58,683 nt of DNA. Source: Gammaproteobacteria bacterium (GTDB lineage Bacteria > Pseudomonadota > Gammaproteobacteria > Steroidobacterales > PWYM01). Made by a program: the position numbers and the translations under genes. The notes under the pieces were generated by a model. The model was not told the origin of the DNA. It was given only the letters and a program-made list of their open reading frames with translations, and made no database searches. This document shows, in pieces, positions 1 to 11,579 of this stretch. Location: contig SKYU01000015.1 in the NCBI GenBank assembly GCA_007127715.1, forward strand, positions 1-58,683. Direction: 5' to 3'. Position 1 is the first letter of the stretch; each line of letters begins with the position of its first letter.

Positions 1-264
1 CAGGTCAAGGAAGTCAAATTCCGCCCGGGTACGGATGAAGGCGACTACCAGGTCAAGCTTAGAAACCTGGTGCGTTTCCTCACCGGCGGAGACAAGGCCA
101 AGGTGACCCTGAGGTTCCGTGGCCGTGAAATGGCCCACCAGGAACTGGGCCTGCAGTTGTTGCAGCGTGTCGAGAAGGATCTCGAGGAGCATGCAACAGT
201 GGAACAGCGACCCCAGCTGGAGGGTCGCCAGATGGTGATGGTGATGGCGCCGAAGAAGCGCTGA
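1..264 (+). CDS. infC: Translation initiation factor IF-3, C-terminal part (5' truncated by window edge)
   Basis: Frame 1 from base 1 reads [23 protein letters not shown]...[13 protein letters not shown]...[13 protein letters not shown], the IF-3 C-domain; directly upstream of rpmI-rplT. Confidence 0.97.
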   Translation, partial: QVKEVKFRPGTDEGDYQVKLRNLVRFLTGGDKAKVTLRFRGREMAHQELGLQLLQRVEKDLEEHATVEQRPQLEGRQMVMVMAPKKR

Positions 265-368
265 ACCTCCACCGACACGACACAAGTGTCGCGGGCCTGG
301 CACCCGTGACCGCCTGGATCCAGCGCCACATCGGCGTATGGGGCAGGCCAGAAAATGGAGACAGGAAC

Positions 369-566
369 ATGCCCAAGCTGAAAAGCAATCGTGGGGCCGC
401 GAAGCGGTTCCGCCGTACCGGGAAGGGGGGCTTCAAGCGCGCCCAGTCCCATCTCAATCACATCCTGACCAAGAAGTCATCGAAGCGTAAGCGCCAGCTG
501 CGTTCGATGGAGCAGGTGGCGGAAAGCGACGTGAAGTCGATCCGTCGCATGTTGCCCTACAGTTAA
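369..566 (+). CDS. rpmI: 50S ribosomal protein L35
   Basis: [37 protein letters not shown]; ATG at 369 with GGAGACAGGA upstream. Confidence 0.98.
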   Translation: MPKLKSNRGAAKRFRRTGKGGFKRAQSHLNHILTKKSSKRKRQLRSMEQVAESDVKSIRRMLPYS

Positions 567-581
567 AGGAGGTCAGGAACC

Positions 582-1971
<1,390 letters not shown>

Positions 1972-1982
1972 GGGCTGACATC

Positions 1983-4364
1983 TTGAAGATCTCTCAATCC
2001 TGGCTGGCTGACTGGGTAGCACTGGCACAGAGCGGCGAGGCACTGGCCGAGCAGCTGACCATGGCCGGCCTGGAAGTCGACGCCGTCACGGCGCTGGCAC
2101 CGGAGTTCCGCGGTGTGGTGGTTGCGCGGGTTGCAGAGCTTTCGCCCCATCCGGACGCGGACAAGCTGCGCGTGGCCCAGGTGGATGTTGGTGACGGTGT
2201 GCTCCGCCAGGTCGTCTGCGGCGCACCGAATGCGCGGGCCGGCATGGTTTCGGCCCTTGCGACCGTTGGTGGCGTGCTGCCCGGGGGCATGAAAATCCGC
2301 AAGGCCAAGCTGCGCGGTGTGGTCTCCGAGGGCATGCTGTGTTCAGCGGCCGAGCTGGGTCTGGATGAAGACGCCTCGGGGATTCTCGAGCTGCCCGAGG
2401 ACGCTCCCGTCGGACGGGAGTTCGCCGACTGGCTCGGCCTCGACGATACCGTCATCGATGTCGATCTCACGCCGAACCGGGGCGACTGCTTCAGTGTAAG
2501 AGGGGTGGCACGCGAGCTTGCGGCCCTTAACGACACGCCGTTGACGGGCCCCCAGTGTGCCAGTGTGGCGGCCACACATGAGCAGACGCTGGGTGTCACG
2601 CTCGAAGCGCCAGAAGCCTGTGCACGCTTCGCTGGTCGGGTGATCCGAGGGATCGCCCCCTTCCGACGCTCGCCTACCTGGCTGGCCGAGCGCCTGCGTC
2701 GGGCGGGAATCCGTGCCATCCACCCGGTCGTGGATGTCACCAACTATGTCATGCTGGAACTCGGGCAGCCACTGCATGGCTACGACCTCGCCCGGCTGAC
2801 GGGCGGGATCACCGTGCGCCTCGCCGCTGCCGGAGAGCCGCTGGTGCTGCTCGATGGGCGCGAAGTGACGCTGGCACCGGACATGCTGGTCATTGCCGAT
2901 GACCGCGGCCCCGTCGGACTGGCCGGTATCATGGGCGGGGATTCGACTGCGGTGGGCGAGGCCACCACCGAGGTTTTCCTGGAAGCGGCCTGGTTTTCGC
3001 CGGAGGCCATTGCCGGGCGCGCGCGTCGACTCGGGCTGCACACCGATGCCTCGGTACGCTTCGAGCGGGGCGTCGATTTTGCGCTGCCTGCGCAGGCCAT
3101 CGAGCGGGCGACGGCACTGCTCATGGACATCTGCGGTGGCGAGCCTGGTCCGCTGCAGATTGCCGAGGTGCCGGCCCACCTGCCGAAGCGGCCCGCCGTC
3201 ACGTTGCGGGCGGCCAGGCTTCAGGCCCTGCTGGGCACGGAGATCGAAGCGCAGGTGGTCGAACGGATTTTCGCCCGCCTGGGCCTTGACGCCGTGGCTA
3301 CGCCGGAGGGGTGGTCGGTCACGCCTCCCTCGCAGCGCTACGACCTGCAGATCGAGGTCGATCTGATCGAGGAGGTGGCACGGATCTACGGCTACGATCG
3401 CATCCCCCGTCGCCCCGAGCAGGCAAGTACCGGGATCCGGCCGGCGACGGAATCACGCACCCCTGAGGAACGGGCCAGGCAGCTGCTGGTCGACCGCGGG
3501 TACCAGGAGGCGGTCACCTACAGCTTCATCGACGAAAAGGTTCAGGCGGCGTTTTTCCCGGACGCGGTTCCGATACGCCTGGCCAATCCGATCGCGGCGC
3601 AGATGAACGTCATGCGTCGTTCTCCCTGGCCGGGTCTGGCCGCCGCCGCGCGTGACAACCTCAGTCGTCAGCAGGCGCGCGTGCGGCTGTTCGAGCTCGG
3701 GACGCAGTTCGAACAGGATGCCGAAGGTGGGGTAGAAGAGCGACAGGTGATTGCCGGCCTTGCGCTGGGGCCGGTGTGGCCGCTGCAATGGGATGCCGCC
3801 GGACGGCGGACCGATTTCTACGACGTGAAGGGCGATCTGGAGGCGTTGCTGACGCTGGGTAACGGGGCCGAACGGTGGTCCTTCGAGCCGGGCGAGCAGA
3901 CGGCGCTGCATCCGGGCCAGTCGGCGGTGATTCTTCGCGATGGCGCTGCCGTCGGACATATCGGTGCGTTGCACCCCCGCCTCGCCGCCGAGCTCGAACT
4001 GCCCGTCGACACTTTCGTGTTCGTGGTCGAGGTGGCGGCGGCGCTGGGCGCGAGGGTGCCGGCTTACCACGGCGTATCGAGGTATCCTGCGGTACACCGG
4101 GATCTCGCCGTGGTCGTCGACGAGGCGCTGCCGGCTGAACGTCTCCTGGCTGTGGTCCGGGCCTCGGCAGGCCCCTGGCTGCAAAGTGTCGAAATCTTTG
4201 ACATCTATCGCGGCGACAGGATCCAGACAGGATGTAAAAGCATGGCTTTGAGCTTGATTTTGCAGGCACCATCGCGCACCCTAACTGACACTGACGTGGA
4301 GGGCGTCGTGGGGTCGGTCATCGACCGCCTCGGGTCCGAGCTGGGCGCCAGAATAAGAGACTAG
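1983..4364 (+). CDS. pheT: Phenylalanine--tRNA ligase beta subunit
   Basis: [44 protein letters not shown] motifs and C-terminal FDX-ACB domain; TTG start. Confidence 0.98.
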   Translation: MKISQSWLADWVALAQSGEALAEQLTMAGLEVDAVTALAPEFRGVVVARVAELSPHPDADKLRVAQVDVGDGVLRQVVCGAPNARAGMVSALATVGGVLPGGMKIRKAKLRGVVSEGMLCSAAELGLDEDASGILELPEDAPVGREFADWLGLDDTVIDVDLTPNRGDCFSVRGVARELAALNDTPLTGPQCASVAATHEQTLGVTLEAPEACARFAGRVIRGIAPFRRSPTWLAERLRRAGIRAIHPVVDVTNYVMLELGQPLHGYDLARLTGGITVRLAAAGEPLVLLDGREVTLAPDMLVIADDRGPVGLAGIMGGDSTAVGEATTEVFLEAAWFSPEAIAGRARRLGLHTDASVRFERGVDFALPAQAIERATALLMDICGGEPGPLQIAEVPAHLPKRPAVTLRAARLQALLGTEIEAQVVERIFARLGLDAVATPEGWSVTPPSQRYDLQIEVDLIEEVARIYGYDRIPRRPEQASTGIRPATESRTPEERARQLLVDRGYQEAVTYSFIDEKVQAAFFPDAVPIRLANPIAAQMNVMRRSPWPGLAAAARDNLSRQQARVRLFELGTQFEQDAEGGVEERQVIAGLALGPVWPLQWDAAGRRTDFYDVKGDLEALLTLGNGAERWSFEPGEQTALHPGQSAVILRDGAAVGHIGALHPRLAAELELPVDTFVFVVEVAAALGARVPAYHGVSRYPAVHRDLAVVVDEALPAERLLAVVRASAGPWLQSVEIFDIYRGDRIQTGCKSMALSLILQAPSRTLTDTDVEGVVGSVIDRLGSELGARIRD

Positions 4365-4366
4365 AC

Positions 4367-4666
4367 ATGGCACTCACCAAGGCCGAAATGGCGGAATCAC
4401 TGTTCAACGAGCTCGGGCTGAACAAGCGAGAGGCGCGTGAACTGGTAGACGCCTTCTTCGAAGACATGCGCAACGCGCTGGCCAATGGCGAGCAGATCAA
4501 GCTGTCGGGTTTCGGCAACTTCGACCTGCGCGACAAGAATCAGCGCCCGGGCCGCAATCCCAAGACCGGTGAGGAAATCCCGATCACGGCGCGTCGCGTC
4601 GTGACTTTTCGACCGGGTCAGAAGCTCAAGGCCAGGGTAGAGGCGTATGCTGGAACCCGGGAATAA
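4367..4666 (+). CDS. ihfA: Integration host factor subunit alpha
   Basis: [10 protein letters not shown]...[45 protein letters not shown]. Confidence 0.98.
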   Translation: MALTKAEMAESLFNELGLNKREARELVDAFFEDMRNALANGEQIKLSGFGNFDLRDKNQRPGRNPKTGEEIPITARRVVTFRPGQKLKARVEAYAGTRE

Positions 4667-5003
4667 TTCCGATCTCCCGCCGATTCCGGGCAAGCGGTAT
4701 TTCACGATTGGTGAAGTCAGCGAGCTGTGCGGCGTGAAACCGCATGTGCTTCGGTATTGGGAGCAGGAATTTCCGCAGCTCAAGCCCGTCAAGCGACGTG
4801 GCAACCGGCGGTACTACCAGCGCCAGGACGTGATGGTCATCCGCCAGATCCGCAGCCTCCTGTACGAGGAGGGCTTTACCATCGGCGGCGCGCGGCAGCG
4901 CTTGCAGGGCGAGGAGGCGCGCAGCGACGTCAGCCAGAGCCAGCAGATCGTCCGCCAGTTGCGTACCGAGCTCGAAGAGATCGCGAGGCTGCTGCGCCGG
5001 TAG
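4647..5003 (+). CDS. MerR-family HTH transcriptional regulator of the conserved ihfA-merR-tRNA-Pro block
   Basis: [27 protein letters not shown]...RRYYQRQDV...[10 protein letters not shown]; overlaps ihfA by 20 nt. Confidence 0.93.
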   Translation: MLEPGNNSDLPPIPGKRYFTIGEVSELCGVKPHVLRYWEQEFPQLKPVKRRGNRRYYQRQDVMVIRQIRSLLYEEGFTIGGARQRLQGEEARSDVSQSQQIVRQLRTELEEIARLLRR

Positions 5004-5062
5004 GCGGTTTCGCACGTACGACGCATCAAGTATCATCTGTCGCCGGTGGTGCAACGCCACCG

Positions 5063-5088
5063 CGCGAGATCATCATCTCGCGGTTTTT
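5063..5088 (+). terminator. Hairpin plus T-tract just upstream of the tRNA (possible terminator or processing hairpin)
   Basis: CGCGAGAT-CATC-ATCTCGCG followed by GTTTTT. Confidence 0.45.
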
Positions 5089-5094
5089 CCCGGT

Positions 5095-5171
5095 CGGAGC
5101 GTGGCGCAGTCTGGTAGCGCACTTGCATGGGGTGCAAGGGGTCGTGGGTTCGAATCCCGCCGCTCCGACCA
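5095..5171 (+). tRNA. tRNA-Pro(GGG)
   Basis: Acceptor stem CGGAGCG/CGCTCCG, anticodon arm CTTGC-ATGGGGT-GCAAG, T-loop GGTTCGAATCC, encoded CCA end; 77 nt. Confidence 0.97.
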
Positions 5172-5299
5172 ATCACCGAGGGTCGTCTGTACGGTTCGCA
5201 AGGCATGCGTCATGTCGCCATGCCTGCGGTTGCGTTGGACAAAGCGCGAAGGCGCTTGCGTGCCCAGGCCTGCATGGCAGTCGCATGTGTCTCACCTCA

Positions 5300-5319
5300 A
5301 TGTAGACAATTGTTTACAT
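5300..5319. promoter_or_regulatory. Near-perfect 20-bp palindrome in an AT-rich patch; candidate operator
   Basis: ATGTAGACAATTGTTTACAT, one mismatched pair, about 160 bp upstream of the ORF at 5481. Confidence 0.5.
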
Positions 5320-5480
5320 CACTTTTCACATAATTTACCTTACACCTCGTTGCGGCCGTCTCAGGCTCGCAGCGTGACTCAGCGCACGGCGCGCCGGCCT
5401 GTTTGGCGGTGAGATAAGCGGCGCGCACCCCGGCCGCGACGGCCGGTCAGGGCGTATGTTCACAGGATTGCCGAGGGAGT

Positions 5481-6698
5481 ATGGACAGCAGGATGCCGTT
5501 TCGCTGGATGGCCGTGGCGCTGGTACTGGTACTGTGGGGCTGCGCGGGCCCGCAGCCACGGGAAGCCGGCAACTCGGGCCCGCATGCACACGGCTTCATG
5601 AGTCTGCAGGCTCAGGCCCCTGCGCCGGTACTCGGTGGCCTCGACCTCAAGCTCGACGGGACGGCGCCGCGCCCCGGGTCGACCGACCCGCTGCTGCGCG
5701 GCAACGTGAACCTCGGTGACCAGGCGCAGCCTCTGCGCTACGAGGCCAATTTCCACCTCGCTCCAGGCGATGTGCTCTCCAAGATCGGCGCCGATATCAC
5801 CGAAGCGCCCAAGGGGCTGGGTCAGCAGCGCATCGACCAGCGGATGACCCTGCGCTCGCCGCCGCTGGCCGGTGCGCCGGTGGCCATCGGGCTGTCCACT
5901 GCGATCGAGAGGCGCTGGACCACGACCGGCTATGCCCACACGCAGCGCGAGCGGGCCGAGTTGCGCTGGTCATCGTCGCGCATGCAAGTGGATCTCCACT
6001 GGTCCGATACGGCGACCGCGCTCGGAGGGGCGACCGCGCTGGACTGCAATGTGCGGGGCACGCTGCGCGTACCCGTGGCCGTCAGCGAGCGTGCCGGTCG
6101 CCAGTCGTTGAGCTTGAGCGGCAATGACTGTGCAGTGCGCGCGGCGAACAGTCGTTACGGCAGCCTGGCCGCCCAGAACTGGGCAGTGGGCTATGCGTGG
6201 GAGCGGGCATCCCAGGCCACTCGCGTCCAGGTGTCGCGCATCACGCCCCACTGGGGGGAGGCTCTGGCCAGCAACGCCGGGGACTCGAGTTACGAATTCG
6301 GTCTCAGCCACGGCATCGATCATGGTGACTGGAAAGCCGAGGCGCGGGTGGCGCTGCGCCAGACACCAGGGTGGCAGCATGCCGAGTCCGGCGCCCTGTC
6401 CGCGACGGCGCGCGATTCGTTCTGGACCACGGACACGATGCTGACCCGAAAGCTCCAGCAGGTCGCCGTCTCTGCCCTCTGGGTGAGTGGCGCCGATCCT
6501 CTGTGGTTTACGCCGGAAGGCGGCCAGCGTCGCGAGCGCTTCGGCCTCGAGCTCGACTTCTCGAATTGGGCGAGGGGGTGGTTGCCCGATCTCACGCCCA
6601 GCATGGCCATGCGCTGGGACTGGTCCCAGGCACACACGCGCGAGGAACTCCGCCAACGCGACAACCGGCTTGCGGTGAACATGGCGGTACACTGGTAG
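5481..6698 (+). CDS. Hypothetical exported protein; putative lipoprotein / outer-membrane beta-barrel
   Basis: 405 aa; hydrophobic N-region ending LWG-C (lipobox-like); many alternating amphipathic segments; C-terminal LAVNMAVHW ending in an aromatic; SD GAGGGAG. Confidence 0.55.
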   Translation: MDSRMPFRWMAVALVLVLWGCAGPQPREAGNSGPHAHGFMSLQAQAPAPVLGGLDLKLDGTAPRPGSTDPLLRGNVNLGDQAQPLRYEANFHLAPGDVLSKIGADITEAPKGLGQQRIDQRMTLRSPPLAGAPVAIGLSTAIERRWTTTGYAHTQRERAELRWSSSRMQVDLHWSDTATALGGATALDCNVRGTLRVPVAVSERAGRQSLSLSGNDCAVRAANSRYGSLAAQNWAVGYAWERASQATRVQVSRITPHWGEALASNAGDSSYEFGLSHGIDHGDWKAEARVALRQTPGWQHAESGALSATARDSFWTTDTMLTRKLQQVAVSALWVSGADPLWFTPEGGQRRERFGLELDFSNWARGWLPDLTPSMAMRWDWSQAHTREELRQRDNRLAVNMAVHW

Positions 6699-6760
6699 CC
6701 GGTTCAGTCACGTCGCCTTCCGCCCGTTCGGTACAGGCGGCACGGTAGACAGGTCCCCCC

Positions 6761-7915
6761 ATGAAAATACGCGTTCTGTGGATCCTGGCACTGCTGCTTG
6801 CGGTGCCCGTATTTGCCAACCCGAGCTACACTCCCCCGCGCGGTGAGTGGGCGCAACAACCGCCGGAGCATCTCGGTTTCGACCCGGAGGCTTTGGCCGC
6901 CGCGGTCGACTGGGCACGCGAGCAGGCGGTCACCGAGCCCGCTGATCTCTACCAGGTGATCTACAACCACTTCGCCCCGCGCGAGCCCGACTTCCGTATT
7001 CTCGGGCCCACCCGGCCGCGGGCCGGGGACAGCGGCATGATCATTCGCCGCGGGTACGTGGTCGCCAGCTGGGGCGATACCGACCGGGCCGACATGGTAT
7101 TCAGCGTTGCCAAGAGTTTTCTGAGCACGGTGGCCGCATTGGCCCTGGAGGACGGCATCATCGCCGATGTGCATCACCCGGTGGGCGCGCTGGTCCAGAC
7201 GCCGCATTTTGCCGGGCGGCACAACAGCCAGGTCACGTGGCATCACCTGCTGCAACACACCTCCGAGTGGGAGGGCACGCTTTGGGAGATTCCGGACTGG
7301 GCCGACCGGCCCGAGGGCGACGATCCCGAGGCCTGGCCCCTCCGGGCGCTCCAGCGTCCCGGCACGCGCTTCAAGTACAACGACGTGCGTATCAACCTGC
7401 TGGCCTACAGCCTGCTGGAAGTGCTGCGCGAGCCGCTGCCGGTCGTGCTGCGCGAGCGGATCATGGACCCGATCGGCGCATCACGCAGCTGGCGCTGGCG
7501 CGGTTACCGGAATTCGTGGGTGGAGGTTGACGGACGACAGGTGCAGTCGGTGTCCGGCGGGGGGCACTTCGGTGGCGGGATGTTCATCAGCACTGCCGAC
7601 CTGGCGCGTTTCGGCCTGCTGTTCCAGCGGCGGGGCGCATGGGGTGGGCAGCAGCTGTTCGACGAGGCGTGGATCGATGCATTGCGCGAGCCGACCGAGG
7701 TCATGCCGGGCCACGGCTACCTCTGGTGGCTCAACACCGATCGCGAGCGCATTCCCAGTGCCCCCGAAACGGCCTATTGGGCCGCGGGTTTCGGCGGCAA
7801 CTTCATCTATGTGGATGACGTGAACGAGCTGGTCATCGTGCTACGGTGGATTCCCGATCTGGAAGGCGTGGTGACGCGGGTGCTCGCGGCCTTGCAGCAA
7901 GACCGGCCACGCTGA
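6761..7915 (+). CDS. Secreted serine hydrolase, beta-lactamase class C / PBP-like family
   Basis: Signal peptide MKIRVLWILALLLAVPVFA; SxxK (FSVAKS), PGTRFKYND, GGGHFGGG, YWAAGFGGN motifs. Confidence 0.88.
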   Translation: MKIRVLWILALLLAVPVFANPSYTPPRGEWAQQPPEHLGFDPEALAAAVDWAREQAVTEPADLYQVIYNHFAPREPDFRILGPTRPRAGDSGMIIRRGYVVASWGDTDRADMVFSVAKSFLSTVAALALEDGIIADVHHPVGALVQTPHFAGRHNSQVTWHHLLQHTSEWEGTLWEIPDWADRPEGDDPEAWPLRALQRPGTRFKYNDVRINLLAYSLLEVLREPLPVVLRERIMDPIGASRSWRWRGYRNSWVEVDGRQVQSVSGGGHFGGGMFISTADLARFGLLFQRRGAWGGQQLFDEAWIDALREPTEVMPGHGYLWWLNTDRERIPSAPETAYWAAGFGGNFIYVDDVNELVIVLRWIPDLEGVVTRVLAALQQDRPR

Positions 7916-8054
7916 CCACTCCGGAGTGCGGCTCCGACCATCGAGCAACACGTGTGTTGGGCTGCCCGCCAGAGCATCGCTCCGCCCATGATCCACTGCC
8001 TTCGATCGACTGACATGCGTGCTAGCATCCGCCGAGCGATCGCATGAGGAATCC

Positions 8055-9266
8055 ATGATGTTCGAGTTTTCCGCCCGCAGCCTGGAGTTCCAGGCTCGCG
8101 TTCAGGCCTTCATGGAGGCCCACATCTATCCGAACGAGCAGCGCCATTTCGAAGAGGCCGAACGGCTCGGTCCCTGGGAGGTGCTGCCGGTGGTAGAGGA
8201 GCTGAAACCGCTGGCGCGCGAGGCCGGGCTATGGAACCTGTTCCTGCCCGACCCGTCACTGGGCGCCGGGCTTGGCAATCTCGAATACGCGCCGGTCTGC
8301 GAGCTGATGGGTCGCTCGCCGCTGGCGCCTGAGGTGTTCAACTGCTCGGCACCGGATACCGGCAACATGGAGGTCCTCTGGCGCTACGGCACGCCCGAAC
8401 AGCAGACCCGGTGGCTGACCCCTCTGCTTGCTGGCGAGATCCGTTCCTGCTTTGCCATGACGGAGCCGGGCGTGGCCTCGAGCGATGCCACCAATATCGA
8501 GAGCTCCATCGTTCGGGATGGGGATGACTACCTGATCAATGGTCACAAGTGGTATACCACCGGTGCGACCGATCCCCGCTGTCGAGTGGCGATCTTCATG
8601 GGCAAGACCGCACCTGACGACCCCGATCGTCACCGCCAGCAGTCGATGATTCTGGTGCCCTTGGATGCGCCCGGTGTCCGCGTGGTGCGCCCTTTGCCGG
8701 TGTTCGGCTATTACGGGGTGCCCGATCGTGCCTCGGAGGTCATCTTCGAGAATGTGCGGGTTCCTGCGGAGAACATGCTGCTTGGCGAGGGCCGGGGTTT
8801 CGAGATCGCCCAGGGTCGGCTCGGTCCGGGCCGGATGCACCACTGCATGCGACTGATCGGTCTCGCCGAGCGCTGCCTGGAGAAAATGTGCCGCAGAAGC
8901 CTCTCCAGGGTGGCATTCGGCAAGCGGATCTCGGAGCAGGGCGTGACCATGGAACGGATCGCCGAGGCGCGCATCCTGATCGAACAGGCCCGCCTGCTGA
9001 CGCTCAAGGCGGCCTGGATGATGGATACGGTCGGCAACAAGGCTGCCCGGGCGGAAATTGCCATGATCAAGGTGGCCGCACCGAACATGGCGCAGCAGGT
9101 GATCGACTGGGCAATCCAGGCCCACGGGGGCGGAGGCACCAGCAACGATTTCGGACTTGCGAGCGCCTTTGCGACCGCCAGGCTGCTGCGCCTGGCCGAT
9201 GGCCCTGACGAGGTGCATCGCAACCAGATCGCGCGTCTGGAGCTTCGTCGCTACGAGCAGCGCTGA
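8055..9266 (+). CDS. Acyl-CoA dehydrogenase (ACAD10/11, LvaC-like subfamily)
   Basis: [65 protein letters not shown]; SD GAGGA before ATG 8055. Confidence 0.93.
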   Translation: MMFEFSARSLEFQARVQAFMEAHIYPNEQRHFEEAERLGPWEVLPVVEELKPLAREAGLWNLFLPDPSLGAGLGNLEYAPVCELMGRSPLAPEVFNCSAPDTGNMEVLWRYGTPEQQTRWLTPLLAGEIRSCFAMTEPGVASSDATNIESSIVRDGDDYLINGHKWYTTGATDPRCRVAIFMGKTAPDDPDRHRQQSMILVPLDAPGVRVVRPLPVFGYYGVPDRASEVIFENVRVPAENMLLGEGRGFEIAQGRLGPGRMHHCMRLIGLAERCLEKMCRRSLSRVAFGKRISEQGVTMERIAEARILIEQARLLTLKAAWMMDTVGNKAARAEIAMIKVAAPNMAQQVIDWAIQAHGGGGTSNDFGLASAFATARLLRLADGPDEVHRNQIARLELRRYEQR

Positions 9267-9308
9267 GCCGTCTCGGTTTTCCACGGCGTCCGGCCGGCGT
9301 GATCCTTC

Positions 9309-9323
9309 GTAACATCCCCGTAA
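9309..9323 (-). promoter_or_regulatory. Candidate PhoB/OmpR-type direct-repeat box upstream of ppk2 (reverse orientation)
   Basis: Minus strand TTACGGGGATGTTAC, 14/15 identical to the motif upstream of pit (11527-11541). Confidence 0.5.
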
Positions 9324-9345
9324 TGATCACCAGTCAGGGGATGGA

Positions 9346-10545
9346 ATGGGCAACGGAAAATCCGCCGGCAAGAAGCGCCGTAGCAAGTCCCGAGACGCGG
9401 GCGACGGTGCCCGGGAAGGTGCCGGGAGGCTGGACCTGCGACAGGGCGATACCGCCCCCGAATTGACCGAGGCGTTCATCCGCGAATATGTCAGTCGCGG
9501 CAGCAGCGAGGGCGCCCGGACGCGACTGGAGTGCACGCTGCACGACATCTCGCTGCGCGCACTGGAGAGCCTGGACGAGGCTCCGAGTCAGGCCGAGGTG
9601 GCCCGGATGGCCACGGGGCTGGCCGCGATTCTCGAGGGTGCCTCGCCAGACGACCTGGCACAGCTGCGCCACGCCCTGTTCCGCGAGGAGCAGGCCGCGG
9701 TGTCGACCCGCGTGGACGGCGTGCTGGCGGCGAACTGGCGGGAGGGAGAATATCCGTACAGGGATCGGCTGCGGCGCAAGGTCTATGAACGGCGCAAGTA
9801 TGACCTGCAGGTTGAACTGCTTAAGTTCCAGCACTGGGTCAAGGACACCGGCTCGCGCGTGGTGATCCTGTTCGAGGGGCGGGACGCGGCGGGCAAGGGC
9901 GGCACGATCAAGCGGTTCATGGAACATCTCAATCCGCGAGGCGCCCGCGTGGTGGCCCTCGAGAAGCCCACCGATATCGAGCGCGGCCAGTGGTATTTCC
10001 AGCGCTACATCCAGCACCTGCCCACCGCGGGCGAGATCGTGCTGTTCGACAGGTCCTGGTACAACCGCGCGGGTGTGGAGCGCGTGATGGGGTTCTGCAG
10101 CGACGAGGAATACCGCGACTTCATCGAGCAGGCGCCGGCGTTCGAGCAGAACCTGGTGCGTTCAGGGATCAGACTGTTCAAATTCTGGTTCTCGGTCAGC
10201 CAGGAAGAGCAGCGTCGGCGATTCCGCGAGCGGGAGGTGCATCCCCTTAAGCAGTGGAAGCTCAGCCCGATAGACCGCGCCTCCCTGGACAAATGGGAGG
10301 CCTATACCGAGGCGAAAGAGGCCATGTTTGCCCACACCGACACGGCGCATGCGCCGTGGGTGGTCGTGAAGTCCGACTGCAAGAAACGCGCCCGGCTGAA
10401 CGCGCTGCGCTATGTGCTGCGCTCGCTGTCCTACGCCAGCCGCGATCTGAAGCGGGTCGGCGAGGTGGATCCGCTGATCGTCGGCAGTGCCGCCGCCTCC
10501 ATCCGTCGCGAGGCCGGGGACGGCCGCGCGACCGGGCAGGGCTGA
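9346..10545 (+). CDS. ppk2: Polyphosphate kinase 2 with N-terminal extension
   Basis: LQVELLKFQ, Walker A FEGRDAAGKGG, QWYFQRY, Walker B FDRSWYNRAGVERVMGF, KFWFSVS, WKLSPID. Confidence 0.95.
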   Translation: MGNGKSAGKKRRSKSRDAGDGAREGAGRLDLRQGDTAPELTEAFIREYVSRGSSEGARTRLECTLHDISLRALESLDEAPSQAEVARMATGLAAILEGASPDDLAQLRHALFREEQAAVSTRVDGVLAANWREGEYPYRDRLRRKVYERRKYDLQVELLKFQHWVKDTGSRVVILFEGRDAAGKGGTIKRFMEHLNPRGARVVALEKPTDIERGQWYFQRYIQHLPTAGEIVLFDRSWYNRAGVERVMGFCSDEEYRDFIEQAPAFEQNLVRSGIRLFKFWFSVSQEEQRRRFREREVHPLKQWKLSPIDRASLDKWEAYTEAKEAMFAHTDTAHAPWVVVKSDCKKRARLNALRYVLRSLSYASRDLKRVGEVDPLIVGSAAASIRREAGDGRATGQG

Positions 10546-10552
10546 GGCGAGA

Positions 10553-11380
10553 TCAGTCGGCGTCCGCCGCCGCGGTGGGAGATGCCGGGACTGCCGGTAC
10601 GAGGTCTCGGTAGGCGTGCCAGCTGGCATGCCCCAGCAACGGCAGCACCAGTACCAGTCCGATGTAGAACGTGAACATGCCGACCAGGATGAAGGTGGTC
10701 AGGATGACCGCCCAGAGCACCATCGGTCGGAAATTGAGCGCGACGCAGCGCACACTCGCCTCGATGGCTTCCAGCACGCTGACCTCCCGGTCAAGCAGCA
10801 GCGGGATCGACACCACCGAGATGGCGAAGGCCCCGAAGGCCAGCACCGCGCCGATGGCTGTGCCGACGGCAATCATGCCGAGCCCGTTGGGTGTCATCAG
10901 CATCGAGGTGTACAGGTCTTGCGGGTTGGGCGTATCCATACCGAAGAACAGCGCGAAGAGGATCGTCGCGATGCGCAGCCAGGCGATCATGAAGATCATC
11001 AGCGCGACACCCATCAGGGCGATCTGCATGGTGTTGACGCGCCATGAGGCGAAAGCCCGCGCCAGAGTCGGCGGTTCGCCATCGGCAAGGTCCCTGCTGA
11101 TGGCATAGATGCCGACCGCGACCAGAGGCCCCAGGAACATGAATCCGGCGGCCATGGGCAGCAGCCAGTAGAACAACCCGGCCGAATACAGCCCGGCCGA
11201 CAGCACAAAGCTCAGGATTACCCAGATCGCGCCGTAGGTGAGACTGACCCCGGCCGCGCGTCTGAGGTCGGCCACCCCGGCAGCAATCCAGCGCCAGGGC
11301 CGCTCTGCGCCCACCTGGCTGACGGGAATGGGTGCAATGGCGACCCGGTCGTCCGGGTGTGGCGTATCGGCGCTGGCCAT
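10553..11380 (-). CDS. DUF2189-family integral membrane protein
   Basis: PWRWIAAGVADL, GFMFLGPLVAVGIYAISR, C-terminal PLLGHASWHAYRDLV; multiple TM segments; ATG chosen at 11380. Confidence 0.8.
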   Translation of the reverse strand: MASADTPHPDDRVAIAPIPVSQVGAERPWRWIAAGVADLRRAAGVSLTYGAIWVILSFVLSAGLYSAGLFYWLLPMAAGFMFLGPLVAVGIYAISRDLADGEPPTLARAFASWRVNTMQIALMGVALMIFMIAWLRIATILFALFFGMDTPNPQDLYTSMLMTPNGLGMIAVGTAIGAVLAFGAFAISVVSIPLLLDREVSVLEAIEASVRCVALNFRPMVLWAVILTTFILVGMFTFYIGLVLVLPLLGHASWHAYRDLVPAVPASPTAAADAD

Positions 11381-11523
11381 GATTCGGTTTCTCCCCAGAG
11401 TGGTCCGCAGCAGGGTACGCCACGCGCGAGCGTACGCAAGTCGCGATTTACCCGTATACCGTTCGACCCCGGGGTGCTGACAGACGGTCTTGCCACCACT
11501 CCCGAATCCGGTACCATCGCGCG

Positions 11524-11541
11524 CTGTTACGGGAATGTTAC
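11524..11541 (+). promoter_or_regulatory. Candidate Pho box upstream of pit
   Basis: CTGTTAC-GGGA-ATGTTAC: 7-4-7 direct repeat with 11-bp period resembling CTGTCAT-N4-CTGTCAC; 38 bp before the pit ATG. Confidence 0.55.
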
Positions 11542-11579
11542 ATGTGTTCCGGGGCGCTGGTGCCGCGGGGGCGGTATTG

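Noticed and set aside
5095-5480. tRNA-Pro as a possible integration site (genomic island)
   Set aside because: No integrase, no duplicated tRNA 3' end seen in the window, and no sustained compositional shift beyond a ~50-bp AT-rich patch
7917-7960. Short palindromes after the serine hydrolase (CACTCCGGAGTG; CAACAC/GTGTTG)
   Set aside because: Short, no U-tract, and no second copy; cannot be assigned a function
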